Part shown: positions 19,491 to 29,697 of the stretch, one piece after another
Layout of the letters: each line of letters opens with the position of its first letter
How positions within the stretch are numbered: the first letter of the stretch is position 1
Assembly (NCBI GenBank): GCA_963842925.1
Contig: CAWJIL010000005.1
Location: 15,002-79,001 of the forward strand
DNA from: an uncultured delta proteobacterium
GTDB taxonomy: Bacteria; Desulfobacterota; Desulfobacteria; Desulfobacterales; B30-G6
Length of the DNA: 64,000 nt
Direction of reading: 5' to 3'
Notes under the pieces: model-generated
Databases searched by the model: none
What the model saw: only the letters and a program-made list of their open reading frames with translations
Told to the model about the DNA's origin: nothing
Program-made: the position numbers and the translations under genes

Positions 19491-21594
19491 ATGAAAAATC
19501 AAGATAATGTACCTCTTTATAGCAGCCGGATCACAAACACGTATGTAGAATATCTTCAGAAGTTCTATCCGGATCTCAATGTCGATGATATATTAGAATA
19601 TTCTGGAATGACCCGATACGAAGTTGAAGATCCAGGTCATTGGTTTACCCAAAAGCAGGCAGATCGTTTTCATGAACAAGTTGTTGAAGCGTCGGGAAAT
19701 CCCGATATAGCGAAAGCGGCTGGAAAGTATACAGCATCCTCTGAAAGAATTGGCGCATTAAAACAATATTCTTTAGGATTAATGACTCTTATCAACTGTT
19801 TATCAAATGGTTGAAAAATTTTACTCGCGTTATGTCCAGAGGGGCAACAGCAAAAGCGAAAATTAGGTCCCAATAAAGTCGAAATAACTGTAACACCCAA
19901 CATCAAAGGACAAAAGAAAAACCATACCAATGTTAAAACAGGAACGGAACTTTTGAATCAATAGCACAATCATTTGCAGGTCAATTTCACCAATATCAAT
20001 GAAACACACTGTTTTCACAAAGGGGATAAATACTGCCGGTATGTCATTGCATGGGATAAAACACCTTCTCTAATGCTAAACTGATTAGGAAATTATCTAC
20101 TTCTTGGTGTAACGGTATCAGTCCCTTTTCTCTTTTTTCTCCTGTCTTTCAACACCTGGGCTCATTCTCACTTTTAGTCTTATATCTCAACGCTGTTATC
20201 TGTCAATTTATTCCGATAGAATTGAAAAGAAGGAATTATACAATTCCATCAGAGCACAGGGAAATGCAGCCAAAGAGTTGGTCAACGAAATCAATATCCG
20301 CCATAACAATTCCTTGTTGATCCAGGAAATTGGCCAGGTAACTTCAACGATCGTTGATATCGACCTATTGATCAAGAACGTGATTGATAGCATCATGCAA
20401 CATCTCAGTTACGATCGCGCAATGATACTGCTGGCTGATAAAACACGTTACAAGCTACATTACCATACCGGTATTGGCTATGATAAAGAAATCGAAAATT
20501 ATCTTATATCCGCGAAGTTCAATATGGCCGTCAATGGTCAGCAGAAACATCATCATAAATGCATTCAATTCGCAACAGCCATGCCTCGATGAATCAGATG
20601 GACGGTTCAGACAAAAGAGAGTCTGTAAATATTGAACTTTTCAAAAAGATGGGAACCTATTCGATCATTTGTGTTCCCATTATTTTTGAAAAAGAGAGTC
20701 TTGGCATACTGGTGGTTGAAAATATTGAAGTAAAAAAACAACTAACACAGAGCGACATGACCCTCCTGATCGGCGTGGCCTCACAAATTGCCGTCGGCAT
20801 CAATAATGTCCGATCCTTTCAAAAATTGCGGGCCATCAAAGAAGAACTTCAGCGCTCACATGGTGATTTAGAAATTCGTGTGGAAGAGACGAACTGCCGA
20901 ACTCGAGAAACTGAACCGTGCGTTGAGTATGGAGATTGCTGAAAGACTCAAATCTGAAAACAGACTCAAAACGATTATCAAGGAAAAAGACATCCTAATC
21001 AAGGAAGTACATCACCGCGTTAAGAATAATATGCAAGTGATATCGAGCCTTCTGGACATGAGTAAAAGCCGTGCCAAACATCCTGAAACCGTGGATTTAT
21101 TATCAGAAGCACAGGCAAAAATATTTACCATGTCGCTAATACACTCCCAACTTTACCAAAGCGACCGCTTTGACGAAATCAACATGGGAAGATTCATTCG
21201 GAGTTTAGTTGATCATCTATCTCAAATGCATCGCGGTGAAGAAAATATAATTCTTAAGATTGAAGCAGCGGATATCTATTTATCTGTAACCCAGGCCATC
21301 CCTTGTGGCTTGGCCATTAATGAAATTATTTCCAACGCCTATAAACACGCTTTTGATGGAAAGGAAAATGGTAACATCGCTATTTCCCTCCAAAAAAAAC
21401 AAGATCAAAAACTTCATTTAAACCTCAAAGATAATGGTATCGGAATTCCTGATCATGTCAATATCGACAACACCGAAACCTTGGGCATCAAACTTATCCG
21501 AAATCTTGTTTTACTCCAATTAAAGGGAGATCTGCAGGTTTACAAAAGCGACGGCACTGAAATTGATATCGAGTTTCGAATAATAAAATCATAA
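19491..21594 (+). pseudogene. Sensor histidine kinase (N-terminal sensor, TM, GAF, HisKA_2/HATPase), broken by several frameshifts and a stop
   Basis: Fragments in several frames; KEVHHRVKNNMQVISSLL, NEIISNAYKHAF, DNGIG; TGT TAA at ~19930 is a probable premature stop. Confidence 0.8.
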
Positions 21595-21623
21595 ATTCGT
21601 GAAGTGACAAAGTCACGGCAACG

Positions 21624-21732
21624 TTGCAAAAGTCGGAGGGCTTCAGAGTCAAGGCGCCTGAGGGTGAAGTCGTAGTTTTTTACTTCGAACCCTCAGTAAC
21701 GCAGGATCTGAAGTTCTCCGGCTTTCCCGCAG
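21624..21732 (+). repeat. CAAGGC/AACGC palindromic element (TTGCAAAAGTCGGAG subtype)
   Basis: Similar to the tandem pair at 59336-59548. Confidence 0.8.
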
Positions 21733-21870
21733 GGTAAACAACATGGCAAAAAAAGACACCATCCTTAGAATTCACCTGGGAAAATATCCAGGCAGTGGCA
21801 CTATTGCTACGGCATTGCATATAATAATTCATTGTCAAACTTTGCCAGGTTGTTTATGCAACTATAGGGT

Positions 21871-22632
21871 TTATCGGGCTAATAACGCAGCCCCAATAGC
21901 ACCAACAACCTGAGCCGATTCAGCTATCAGAATTTTTTGTTTCAGTCTTCTTTCAAGCGCTTTTACCAGACCCGAATTTTTTGCAACACCACCGGTCATC
22001 ATCACTGGTGACACGATCTTGACACGTTTGGCCATTGACGCGACCCTGGCGCCGATGGCATCATGGATCCCGGCAACGATATTTTCCCTTCTTTCACCCC
22101 TGGCAATTAGCGAGATCACCTCTGATTCCGCAAAAACCGTGCACAGGCTGCTTATTTGAGATGGTGTTTGCGATTTCAACGACATTGCACCAAAGTGTTC
22201 CAGCTCAATTTCAAGCGCCCGTGCCATTACCTCCAAAAAACGGCCGGTTCCTGCGGCACATTTGTCATTCATGGCAAAGTCCAATACGCGACCCTTGTCA
22301 TTCAGCAGAATCACTTTGCTATCCTGACCGCCAATATCGATCACGGAACGAATATCAGGATTGATATAGAACGCACCTGCTGCATGACAGGTAATTTCGG
22401 TAATCGCTTTGTCCGCAAATGATACACTGTTTCGGCCATAGCCCGTCGACACGATTCCCTGAATGTCATTCCGACCGAGTTTCATACTTTCCAATACCTG
22501 GTCAAAAACCATTCCGGCCGTTTTTTTTGCGTCATACCCTGTTGAACCTATCTTCCACAACTTCAACTCACCATCTACCACAACGGCGGCTTTCGTGGTA
22601 ATCGAACCCACATCGATCCCTATTGTTAGCAT
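21871..22632 (-). CDS. 2-hydroxyacyl-CoA dehydratase activase (HgdC/BcrAD-like ATPase)
   Basis: GIDVGSITTK, STGYGR, DIGGQDSK, MNDKCAAGTGRFLE, CTVFAESE. Confidence 0.93.
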   Translation of the reverse strand: MLTIGIDVGSITTKAAVVVDGELKLWKIGSTGYDAKKTAGMVFDQVLESMKLGRNDIQGIVSTGYGRNSVSFADKAITEITCHAAGAFYINPDIRSVIDIGGQDSKVILLNDKGRVLDFAMNDKCAAGTGRFLEVMARALEIELEHFGAMSLKSQTPSQISSLCTVFAESEVISLIARGERRENIVAGIHDAIGARVASMAKRVKIVSPVMMTGGVAKNSGLVKALERRLKQKILIAESAQVVGAIGAALLAR

Positions 22633-22737
22633 TTTTTATTCCCCTAATAGAATCGCCATGCGATTCTATTGAAGCTATCATTTACAGAAAAGATCAGCGG
22701 CGAAGCCGCATAAAAATTTATAATGATTGGAAAATAA

Positions 22738-23970
22738 TTATAAATTTTCCATGAACGCATCGATACGTGTCTCTATCTGACTCTCGGAAAAATTCCTTTC
22801 ATCCACCATATCCGCTTCGATCAGCAATGTGGGAATGCCGCTTTCTTTTTGTATAATATTTTGAATATCGTACTGACCCAAAGAGTATGGTTTGCAACTT
22901 CGGTTGGAATGCAGCACAAAGCCGTTAACGTCATATTTATCAATCATCTGTAGAATACTTTTAGCCATGGCGTCGACACCAATATTTAGGTAGATGCGTG
23001 TATAACTCTCGGCCATACTGTCCAGGAAATTATCTTCATCAATGTACTTCATGGAAGCGCACCAGGCCGATGTGTACGTATCGGCAACCAGACAGGCATC
23101 ATGGGAGGCGAACTTGTCCGACAACCATCGTGTCCGAAACCAAACCGGAAGGTTATCCCACAACAAACGGTAACGTTCATTCGGTACCGCTGATATGTTG
23201 TTGGCGATCCTTTCTTTCATCTCATTTATCAGGTTCTTATAGTAATCGATGGTAATCTGTTTTCCACGGAGGGTCACAATAAGTGCCAGATGGAAAAAAG
23301 CATCAAAGGCGCTCATGGGTGAAGGTTTATGCACACAGCTGTCCAACACCGCCTGCCAAAGACGCTGGCCTTCGAGTGAGATTTTACCGACCTCTTTGAG
23401 ACGATCGTAATCAAAAGATCTGCCACATGCGTCTGTCAAAAATTGGGCATATTCATCAAACTGTTTTCGAACATATTTTCTGGCTTCATCTGAAAATTCT
23501 GTGTGGCAAAAAGGGGTATCTAAAATAAACAGCGGCACATTGAATAATCGTGCTTGAATTTCATACCATTTAAGAACGGTTCCGCAAATATTAGTGCTGC
23601 AAACCAGCATATCAGGCTTGGGCAGGCCACCGATAGGCCCGCCATTGATGGGGGCACAAGCAATATCCGCCATGGCATAGGAACAAAGATCCCTTGAATA
23701 GCCCATCTCTTCTGCTTTTTCACACAGATCGACACCCATTTTGGAAGCCCCGACCATGGCGCCGTGATTTTCCGGGTAAACCGGAATAACATCCATGGCG
23801 ATCAATGGTTCGACGGGCCCGCCACTGGTAATCCAGGCAACTTTTTTCCCGGCTTCCGCGGCTGTCTTTGCCTCAATATAATATTGAGTCATGATATCTT
23901 TCATCTGCTTGACAGATTTGATCTTGCGTTTTTCTCTCTCCAGATCCTCTATTTTTTCCTTTTCGGTCAT
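22738..23970 (-). CDS. 2-hydroxyacyl-CoA dehydratase subunit (HgdA/BcrB-like)
   Basis: YPENHGA, DLCSY, TNICGT, NRSCKP, TRIDAFME. Confidence 0.9.
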   Translation of the reverse strand: MTEKEKIEDLEREKRKIKSVKQMKDIMTQYYIEAKTAAEAGKKVAWITSGGPVEPLIAMDVIPVYPENHGAMVGASKMGVDLCEKAEEMGYSRDLCSYAMADIACAPINGGPIGGLPKPDMLVCSTNICGTVLKWYEIQARLFNVPLFILDTPFCHTEFSDEARKYVRKQFDEYAQFLTDACGRSFDYDRLKEVGKISLEGQRLWQAVLDSCVHKPSPMSAFDAFFHLALIVTLRGKQITIDYYKNLINEMKERIANNISAVPNERYRLLWDNLPVWFRTRWLSDKFASHDACLVADTYTSAWCASMKYIDEDNFLDSMAESYTRIYLNIGVDAMAKSILQMIDKYDVNGFVLHSNRSCKPYSLGQYDIQNIIQKESGIPTLLIEADMVDERNFSESQIETRIDAFMENL

Positions 23971-24231
23971 CCCAGTCCTCTTCTTTAAATTAACCATTTA
24001 TCAACAAATTAATCGATATACCTTTAAAGTAAACCTTGCTCTACATGCTGAGTGGCTAGGATGCTTGGAAGCTTGGATGCTGCTAACTGTTTTTAGCTCC
24101 CTCCCTCCCCGGGCCCTTATATCCTTGTACGCTGCGAAGCGAGGATGCCTGGAAGCTGGGATGCTGCTGCCCGCACTTAGCTCTCAGCCACCCTCGAATC
24201 CTTGGATCCTCGACCCCTCGAACCCTTTCTT

Positions 24232-25365
24232 TTACAGCATTTCAATGAATGCTTCACAGCGGGTCTTGAACTGGCCCTCCGAGAGCATTTGATCTTCAAT
24301 TTCAAACAACATGCTCGGTATGTCCGCATTGTCGAGCATCTCTTTCATGTAGGGATAATCAAATGCATGGGGATCGCAAAATTTGAGGTATAGAAATATA
24401 ACGCCATCCACATTTCCTTCTCTGGCAAGACGCAGCACATGGTCTCCTCTTGAATAGAGAGCAGAATGCTTGGCTGGGCAAACAACCCGTTCCGCGTATC
24501 GATCCGCAATGGCCACTATCATATCATCCTGTATGGCAACCTGCCCGTGAACATAGCGTGACCCTGTGCAAAAATCATCCGAGACAATGAATCCGCCGGA
24601 TGATTCTATAATATCGAAAATATCAGGCATATTGCACAAACCGCCGGCAAGTAATATCCGTTTTCCCTCTGAAGGTACCTTGAAATCCAAGACCCTGAAA
24701 TACGCCAAAAGATCTTCAAGCATATCCAATACCTCATGCCGATCCATGATCATACAGCCCTTGATGATGGCGTTAAAATCGGATCCTGAGAGCAGCAACG
24801 GCTGTTGGCACTTTAAACCATATAGATCATCAAGAATCTCTCGAATCCGATTGATCGTCCTAACGGATAATCGGATCTGTTCATCGCTTATATCTGTCTT
24901 CATTTCTCTTTCGAGATCACGTTTGAATTTTCGCATCACATCGATCATATACTCTCGCGCGTTTTGTGTATTGAGCTTCACAGGCAGCACCACATCGATA
25001 TGAAAGTCGAATCCCAGATTCATACGCCACATGTCAGATAAACGCATGATGGAATCACAGGTATGTGGAAACACCGTCCCCTTTAGAAAATCAAGACCCC
25101 CTGAAAGGGCATCTTCAAGGGCACCACGTACAAGACTGCAACTGTAAGCCTGAAGATGGGCATCTGCCAGTGAAATCTGTTTCTTTGCTCCAAACAGTCT
25201 GAAAGGTAGCGCACCCGTTGCCAAAATAATCTCTTCGGGCGCATATGAGCAAAAATAACCGATAACATCCTTCTGCTTTTTCTTTTTCCAATGCCGTGCA
25301 TACGCCCCCGGATCCTTGGCAGCTTTTTGGAACTTCTCTATGATCAACACAATTTCTTTGTTCAT
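24232..25365 (-). CDS. 2-hydroxyacyl-CoA dehydratase subunit (HgdB/BcrC-like)
   Basis: YFCSYAPEEII, HTCDS, KFCDPHAFDYP, TRCEAFIEM. Confidence 0.9.
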   Translation of the reverse strand: MNKEIVLIIEKFQKAAKDPGAYARHWKKKKQKDVIGYFCSYAPEEIILATGALPFRLFGAKKQISLADAHLQAYSCSLVRGALEDALSGGLDFLKGTVFPHTCDSIMRLSDMWRMNLGFDFHIDVVLPVKLNTQNAREYMIDVMRKFKRDLEREMKTDISDEQIRLSVRTINRIREILDDLYGLKCQQPLLLSGSDFNAIIKGCMIMDRHEVLDMLEDLLAYFRVLDFKVPSEGKRILLAGGLCNMPDIFDIIESSGGFIVSDDFCTGSRYVHGQVAIQDDMIVAIADRYAERVVCPAKHSALYSRGDHVLRLAREGNVDGVIFLYLKFCDPHAFDYPYMKEMLDNADIPSMLFEIEDQMLSEGQFKTRCEAFIEML

Positions 25366-25683
25366 GAACGCTCCCTCTAAATCCCATTTCTGTTGTGCAT
25401 AGCTTCTGTTCTGACTCAAATTTGTCCTGGCGAAGCAAAGGCCCTGCTCTCAATTTCAATTGTAGCCCGCTTTCTGTCTCAGTTTTCGAAAGTGTTTAAA
25501 TCATCAGCCATAAAAAAGCAAGTTATTAGAAGCCATCATTCCGGATTGACAGCAAAGCCGCGACAGATAAGATCGTTTTTGATCCGAGCACTTGAGAACG
25601 AAAACAATCCTATGCTACGATATAGCTAAATAACAGCTAATATTTCTTGACCACCCATATGAGAAGTGTTAGTTTTTAAATTA

Positions 25684-25833
25684 TGCGGTCTCGTAAAAAG
25701 TCCAACTTCTGCGTTGTGCTGCATTTCGTAATCATTCAACGTACGATACGTATGCCTCATGATTACAAAACTTGCACGCCTTGAATTTGAACTTTTTTCA
25801 AAACCGTCTGATTCTGACTTTTTACCATTTCAT
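25684..25833 (-). repeat. CAAGGC/AACGC palindromic element (copy of 13664-13815)
   Basis: cggtctcgtaaaaagtccaacttctgcgttgtgctgcatttcgta...gccttgaatttgaacttttttcaaaaccgtc. Confidence 0.85.
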
Positions 25834-25929
25834 CAATGTTGATTATAACTTTTTTGGGAATCAATGTACGGTATTCTTTGCCGTTATTGATAAATAACAT
25901 GATAAATTATGACGTCGGGGAATAAATAA

Positions 25930-26097
25930 ATGGCCAGTCAGAATGCCGAAAACGATATGCCAAGAGCCAAGGTCAAGTTTGAAATTTACGGCGAAGAGAT
26001 GATCGAAAAAAAAGTCAAATCCAGTGGCAACAGTGGCCGGGTTTATCTACCCCCGAACTGGGTGGGTCACCAAGTCAAGATCATTCGGATTGATTAA
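25930..26097 (+). CDS. DUF2080-family small protein (55 aa, below the ORF-track cutoff)
   Basis: MASQNAENDMPRAKVKFEIYGEEMIEKKVKSSGNSGRVYLPPNWVGHQVKIIRID* (GNSG.VY.P..W.G motif). Confidence 0.8.
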   Translation: MASQNAENDMPRAKVKFEIYGEEMIEKKVKSSGNSGRVYLPPNWVGHQVKIIRID

Positions 26098-26123
26098 CCT
26101 ATTTGTCTGAAAAGGATCTTTTT

Positions 26124-26558
26124 GTGAAAAACATCACAATCAGAAAAATGGTAAAAGAAGACGTCGTTGAAATCAGTGCAATTTACGGTGGCATTATTCA
26201 AAAACCCGTCCATCCTGATTTCAATGATCTCATTGAACAGCATGCCCAAAGAGACAAAGATATCTGTCTGGTTGCGGAACTTGACGGGCAGATTGTGGGC
26301 TTCATGATCAGCTATATTCTAACGCTGGGGTTTGGCATCGAAAAGAGTGCCTGGATCGCCACATTAGGCGTAAAACCTGAATACATGGGGCAAGATATTG
26401 GGAAAAATCTGGCCATAAAAATATTTGAATACTATAAATCCGAAGGCATCGAAAACGTGTATACCTCCGTCAGGTGGGACTCCCCTGACCTGTTGTCTTT
26501 CTTCAAAACCATGGGATTTGACCGCAGCAATTTTATTAACCTGCGCAAATCCATATAA
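26124..26558 (+). CDS. GNAT acetyltransferase
   Basis: LVAELDGQIVGF, LGVKPEYMGQDIG, FFKTMGF. Confidence 0.9.
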   Translation: MKNITIRKMVKEDVVEISAIYGGIIQKPVHPDFNDLIEQHAQRDKDICLVAELDGQIVGFMISYILTLGFGIEKSAWIATLGVKPEYMGQDIGKNLAIKIFEYYKSEGIENVYTSVRWDSPDLLSFFKTMGFDRSNFINLRKSI

Positions 26559-26560
26559 AA

Positions 26561-26604
26561 ATAAATTCGCTGCGCGAATTTATCGGTCGCGGCGCTGCCG
26601 CTCT
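26561..26604. repeat. REP-like pair ATAAATTCGC-nn-GCGAATTTAT + GCGGC-n-GCCGC
   Basis: Also at 28560-28602 (reverse order) and 60976-60998; GCGGC..GCCGC also at ~13988 and ~22697. Confidence 0.75.
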
Positions 26605-26698
26605 TACTTCCGCATCAATGATGATTCTCTCAAGATTCCAAGTTCGCGGTTGTTTAAGTTAAAAAACCACCTTTCAAATTATGCTTATAGCTTAACGT

Positions 26699-26827
26699 AA
26701 CCTAAGTTGAACGATTGTCGAGGTTGCCGTAGCTACAAGGAAGATGCTGTTCCGCTATAGTGAACTATGCGGTATGGCATCTGACGCCGTAGATGCGGTA
26801 AGATCGGCACTCGTTCATCTTAGGTTA
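26699..26827 (+). repeat. CAAGGC/AACGC-type palindromic element overlapping the stop of the DUF6125 gene
   Basis: aacctaagttgaacga...tcgttcatcttaggtt; caagg, atagtgaactat, gacgccg. Confidence 0.7.
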
Positions 26828-27329
26828 AATAGAATCGCCATCGGCAGAACATGTCCGGGGGATGTGGGTCGGGCGGGGCAAATTGACATTCCACCCTGAT
26901 GTCAGGGTCAATTTCGTGTGCAAATCCTTCAAATTCACCTCGATGCATTTCCTTGCAGACAAATTCATCCAGACCACGACGCAAGCGTGCTTCCTGAGTG
27001 GGACAGGAAGGGACGGTAATAACAACCTCATCAGGGTTTTCTTCAATATGATACCCCACGAGAATGCACCAGGGGAAAAGTCTCAGCGCCTTTACAAACC
27101 CTTTTAGACCTTTTTCCTTGATCTGAAATCGTTTTAAAAGATCCTTGGAAGCCAATCCAGAGACACGACGCCAGACTTTTTCGTTGATTCTCTCTGCAGT
27201 CGGTTGATCAAATGTCTCCCCGACATTGATAAACCAGAATGCATCCATCACCCGATAATGCCACAATAAAAATTCCGTGTAGCGCAGCAACTCCTCACGG
27301 TTCATCTCCTCAATACGCTGAAGGTCCAT
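26820..27329 (-). CDS. DUF6125-like protein (conserved Cys, V4R/ATC-hydrolase-like)
   Basis: DAFWF, CPTQEAR, CKEMH, CQFAPPD, CRWRF. Confidence 0.65.
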   Translation of the reverse strand: MDLQRIEEMNREELLRYTEFLLWHYRVMDAFWFINVGETFDQPTAERINEKVWRRVSGLASKDLLKRFQIKEKGLKGFVKALRLFPWCILVGYHIEENPDEVVITVPSCPTQEARLRRGLDEFVCKEMHRGEFEGFAHEIDPDIRVECQFAPPDPHPPDMFCRWRFYLT

Positions 27330-27466
27330 GGGCACACCTTTTATCATTAGGTCGGATCAATTCACCTGGTGGAATATTCAGAAAATGGTGCTTAAAATTT
27401 AGTATCGGATGTAATAACAGACCATTAACTATTCTATGCCGTGCTATTTATGCAACAGTGGGCTTG

Positions 27467-28186
27467 TCATAGTTCGGACAGTATCTGACCCCTATCCTCC
27501 ATGAATGCCTTGTAGAGCCTATAATACGCGGTTTCTTCGTATTCAATCTCTTGAATGGGAAACGCATCGAAACTTAAAATCACAGCACCTGGGCAGGCAA
27601 GCAAAATGGGTGAATGCGTGGCGATAACAAACTGGGCATGCCCCTGTGTGCTCATTTGTTTCAGAACGGAGAGAAGCTCCAACTGGCTTTTGGGAGAAAG
27701 GGCGGTCTCGGGCTCATCCAGTAGATATAGTCCCTTGATTTTGTATCGCGCCTTAAACAAGGACATTAACGATTGCCCGTGTGACTGGGACATGAGGGAT
27801 TTCCCCCCAAAATATGACAGCATGGCAGGATCCATTGAAGCCCATTCATCCAGATTCCGTGCAAAATTTCGAAAGATGTCGGAAGCAAAAAAAGATCCCG
27901 GCACGCGACCATTCTGCCAATCCAATGAAATATATCGATGGAGTTCCTTTTCGTATGGATTGTTGTTATAGCGTGAACGACTATGACCCCGCCAGATGTG
28001 AAAGCCACATCGGTGTGATGTAGCCTCGAGCAGGGTCGATTTCCCGGTACCGTTCTCACCCACCAAAAACGTTAGATTGGAATGAAAAACGATCTCATCC
28101 GTGTTACGGAAAATATCCAGATTAAAAGGATAGACATCTTTGTTGGGGTATTTATCGGGTGAAAATGATACGCGTTTCAGGTGCAT
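27467..28186 (-). CDS. ABC/AAA_21-type ATPase
   Basis: GENGTGKS, QSHGQ, LLDEPETALSP, ATHSP. Confidence 0.9.
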   Translation of the reverse strand: MHLKRVSFSPDKYPNKDVYPFNLDIFRNTDEIVFHSNLTFLVGENGTGKSTLLEATSHRCGFHIWRGHSRSRYNNNPYEKELHRYISLDWQNGRVPGSFFASDIFRNFARNLDEWASMDPAMLSYFGGKSLMSQSHGQSLMSLFKARYKIKGLYLLDEPETALSPKSQLELLSVLKQMSTQGHAQFVIATHSPILLACPGAVILSFDAFPIQEIEYEETAYYRLYKAFMEDRGQILSEL

Positions 28187-28277
28187 GTGAAGTCCTCATT
28201 AGTAGATACCCGGGTCCAAAGGGCCCGGCACTGATTCAACCCCATAAGGGTTAATGTTATACACATTCATCGTGTGA

Positions 28278-28482
28278 TAAATTCTAAATTCGAATATCGA
28301 AATACGAAACAAATCCAAATATCAAATGCTCAAATATTTCAAACAGAATGCTTAAACTTGTATCTCCAAGGTCTTGCTTTGATCATTCGCAATTTGGATC
28401 ATTCGGTATTGCCCTTCGACATTGCTCAGGGCGGTGAGCCTGTCGAACCGTTTAGGATTTCAAATTTCGTGCTTCGGATTTA
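28278..28482. repeat. Inverted heptamer arrays (AAATTCG/AAATCCA) enclosing a REP-like CCCTTCGAC..CTCAGGG..GTCGAACC unit
   Basis: aaattctaaattcgaatatcgaaatacgaaa ... tttaggatttcaaatttcgtgcttcggattt. Confidence 0.7.
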
Positions 28483-28677
28483 AGTAACTACCACCATTGG
28501 CATAGCCAAATATCTCTGACCTGGCCCAAACGACCAGTTTTTAAACGCCGAAATAAATAGAGCGGCTCTGCCGCGATTGATAAATTCGCGAAGCGAATTT
28601 ATTTATGCTTTACAATCATTTCTTTTTCAACCATTAATAAAATTGTTTCACGAATTTATTGATGGAGGAAATCGTTC

Positions 28678-29628
28678 ATGACACTGGCGGACGACATATT
28701 GAACGGTGATCTAATGGCCGCGGGACGCCTGATGCGAGACATGGATACGCTCACGCCCGAATCCTGTGAGGCATTGAAGCGCCTATACCCCCACACGGGT
28801 CATGCACATATTGTGGGTGTTACCGGTCCGTCCGGTGCTGGAAAATCCACTCTGATAGCTGGATTGATCTCTCACTTTATAAAACAGGATAAATCCCTCG
28901 GCATCTTGCTGGTGGACCCCTCAAGTCCTTTCACGGCAGGCGCCGTATTAGGTGATCGCATCCGCATGCAGCGTCATGCCATGGAGGATGGTGTCTTCAT
29001 CCACAGCATTGCAACACACGGAAATACAGGGGGCCTGTCTGCATCAGTCCCGGGAATTGTCGCTGTTATGGATGCCATGGGAAAAGATATTATCCTCATT
29101 GAAACGGTGGGTGCCGGGCAGGATGAGGTGGACATAATGCACCTGGCCCATACCAATATTGTCGTTGTCACACCCGCCATGGGAGATTACCTGCAATCTA
29201 TCAAGGCCGGCATCCTGGAAACAGCCCACATTTTTGTACTCAACAAATCTGATCTGCCGGAAGCGACAAGCACCCTGCAGATGTTGCAGATGATTGCCCG
29301 GGCAAAGAACCCTGCAGGCAAAACCTGGGTTTCTCCCGTTGTCCAAGCCCAGGCAATTCACCACCAAGGTATTTCTGAATTAGCAGATCAGATTGATCGG
29401 CATGCCGTATTTTCAATCCAAAGGGAGTCTCACATAAATTCAAGCTCCCATTTACGCGGTCTGCTGATGCTGATACTAAGAGAGCAGCTACTGGAAAATA
29501 TCAGATTAGAGCTTACCAACGATAACAAATGGGACGACTTGTTAAACCGGATGCAGGAAAAGAAGATTGACCCCTATAGTGCGGCAGAAGAAGTTCTAAA
29601 CGCGATCATCCCGCAGAACGCGCCCTGA
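28678..29628 (+). CDS. meaB: MeaB/ArgK-family GTPase (cobalamin mutase chaperone)
   Basis: GPSGAGKST, VDPSSPFTAGAVLGDRIRM, IETVGAGQ, NKSD. Confidence 0.9.
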   Translation: MTLADDILNGDLMAAGRLMRDMDTLTPESCEALKRLYPHTGHAHIVGVTGPSGAGKSTLIAGLISHFIKQDKSLGILLVDPSSPFTAGAVLGDRIRMQRHAMEDGVFIHSIATHGNTGGLSASVPGIVAVMDAMGKDIILIETVGAGQDEVDIMHLAHTNIVVVTPAMGDYLQSIKAGILETAHIFVLNKSDLPEATSTLQMLQMIARAKNPAGKTWVSPVVQAQAIHHQGISELADQIDRHAVFSIQRESHINSSSHLRGLLMLILREQLLENIRLELTNDNKWDDLLNRMQEKKIDPYSAAEEVLNAIIPQNAP

Positions 29629-29697
29629 CGCTGGCAACAAAATTACCCAACTGCACCTTAATTCTTTTTCGAAAATACTGTTTAAAGGAGATATTGG

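Noticed and set aside
19491-21594. Programmed frameshifting in the histidine kinase
   Set aside because: Too many independent lesions, including a probable stop; decay or sequence error is simpler.
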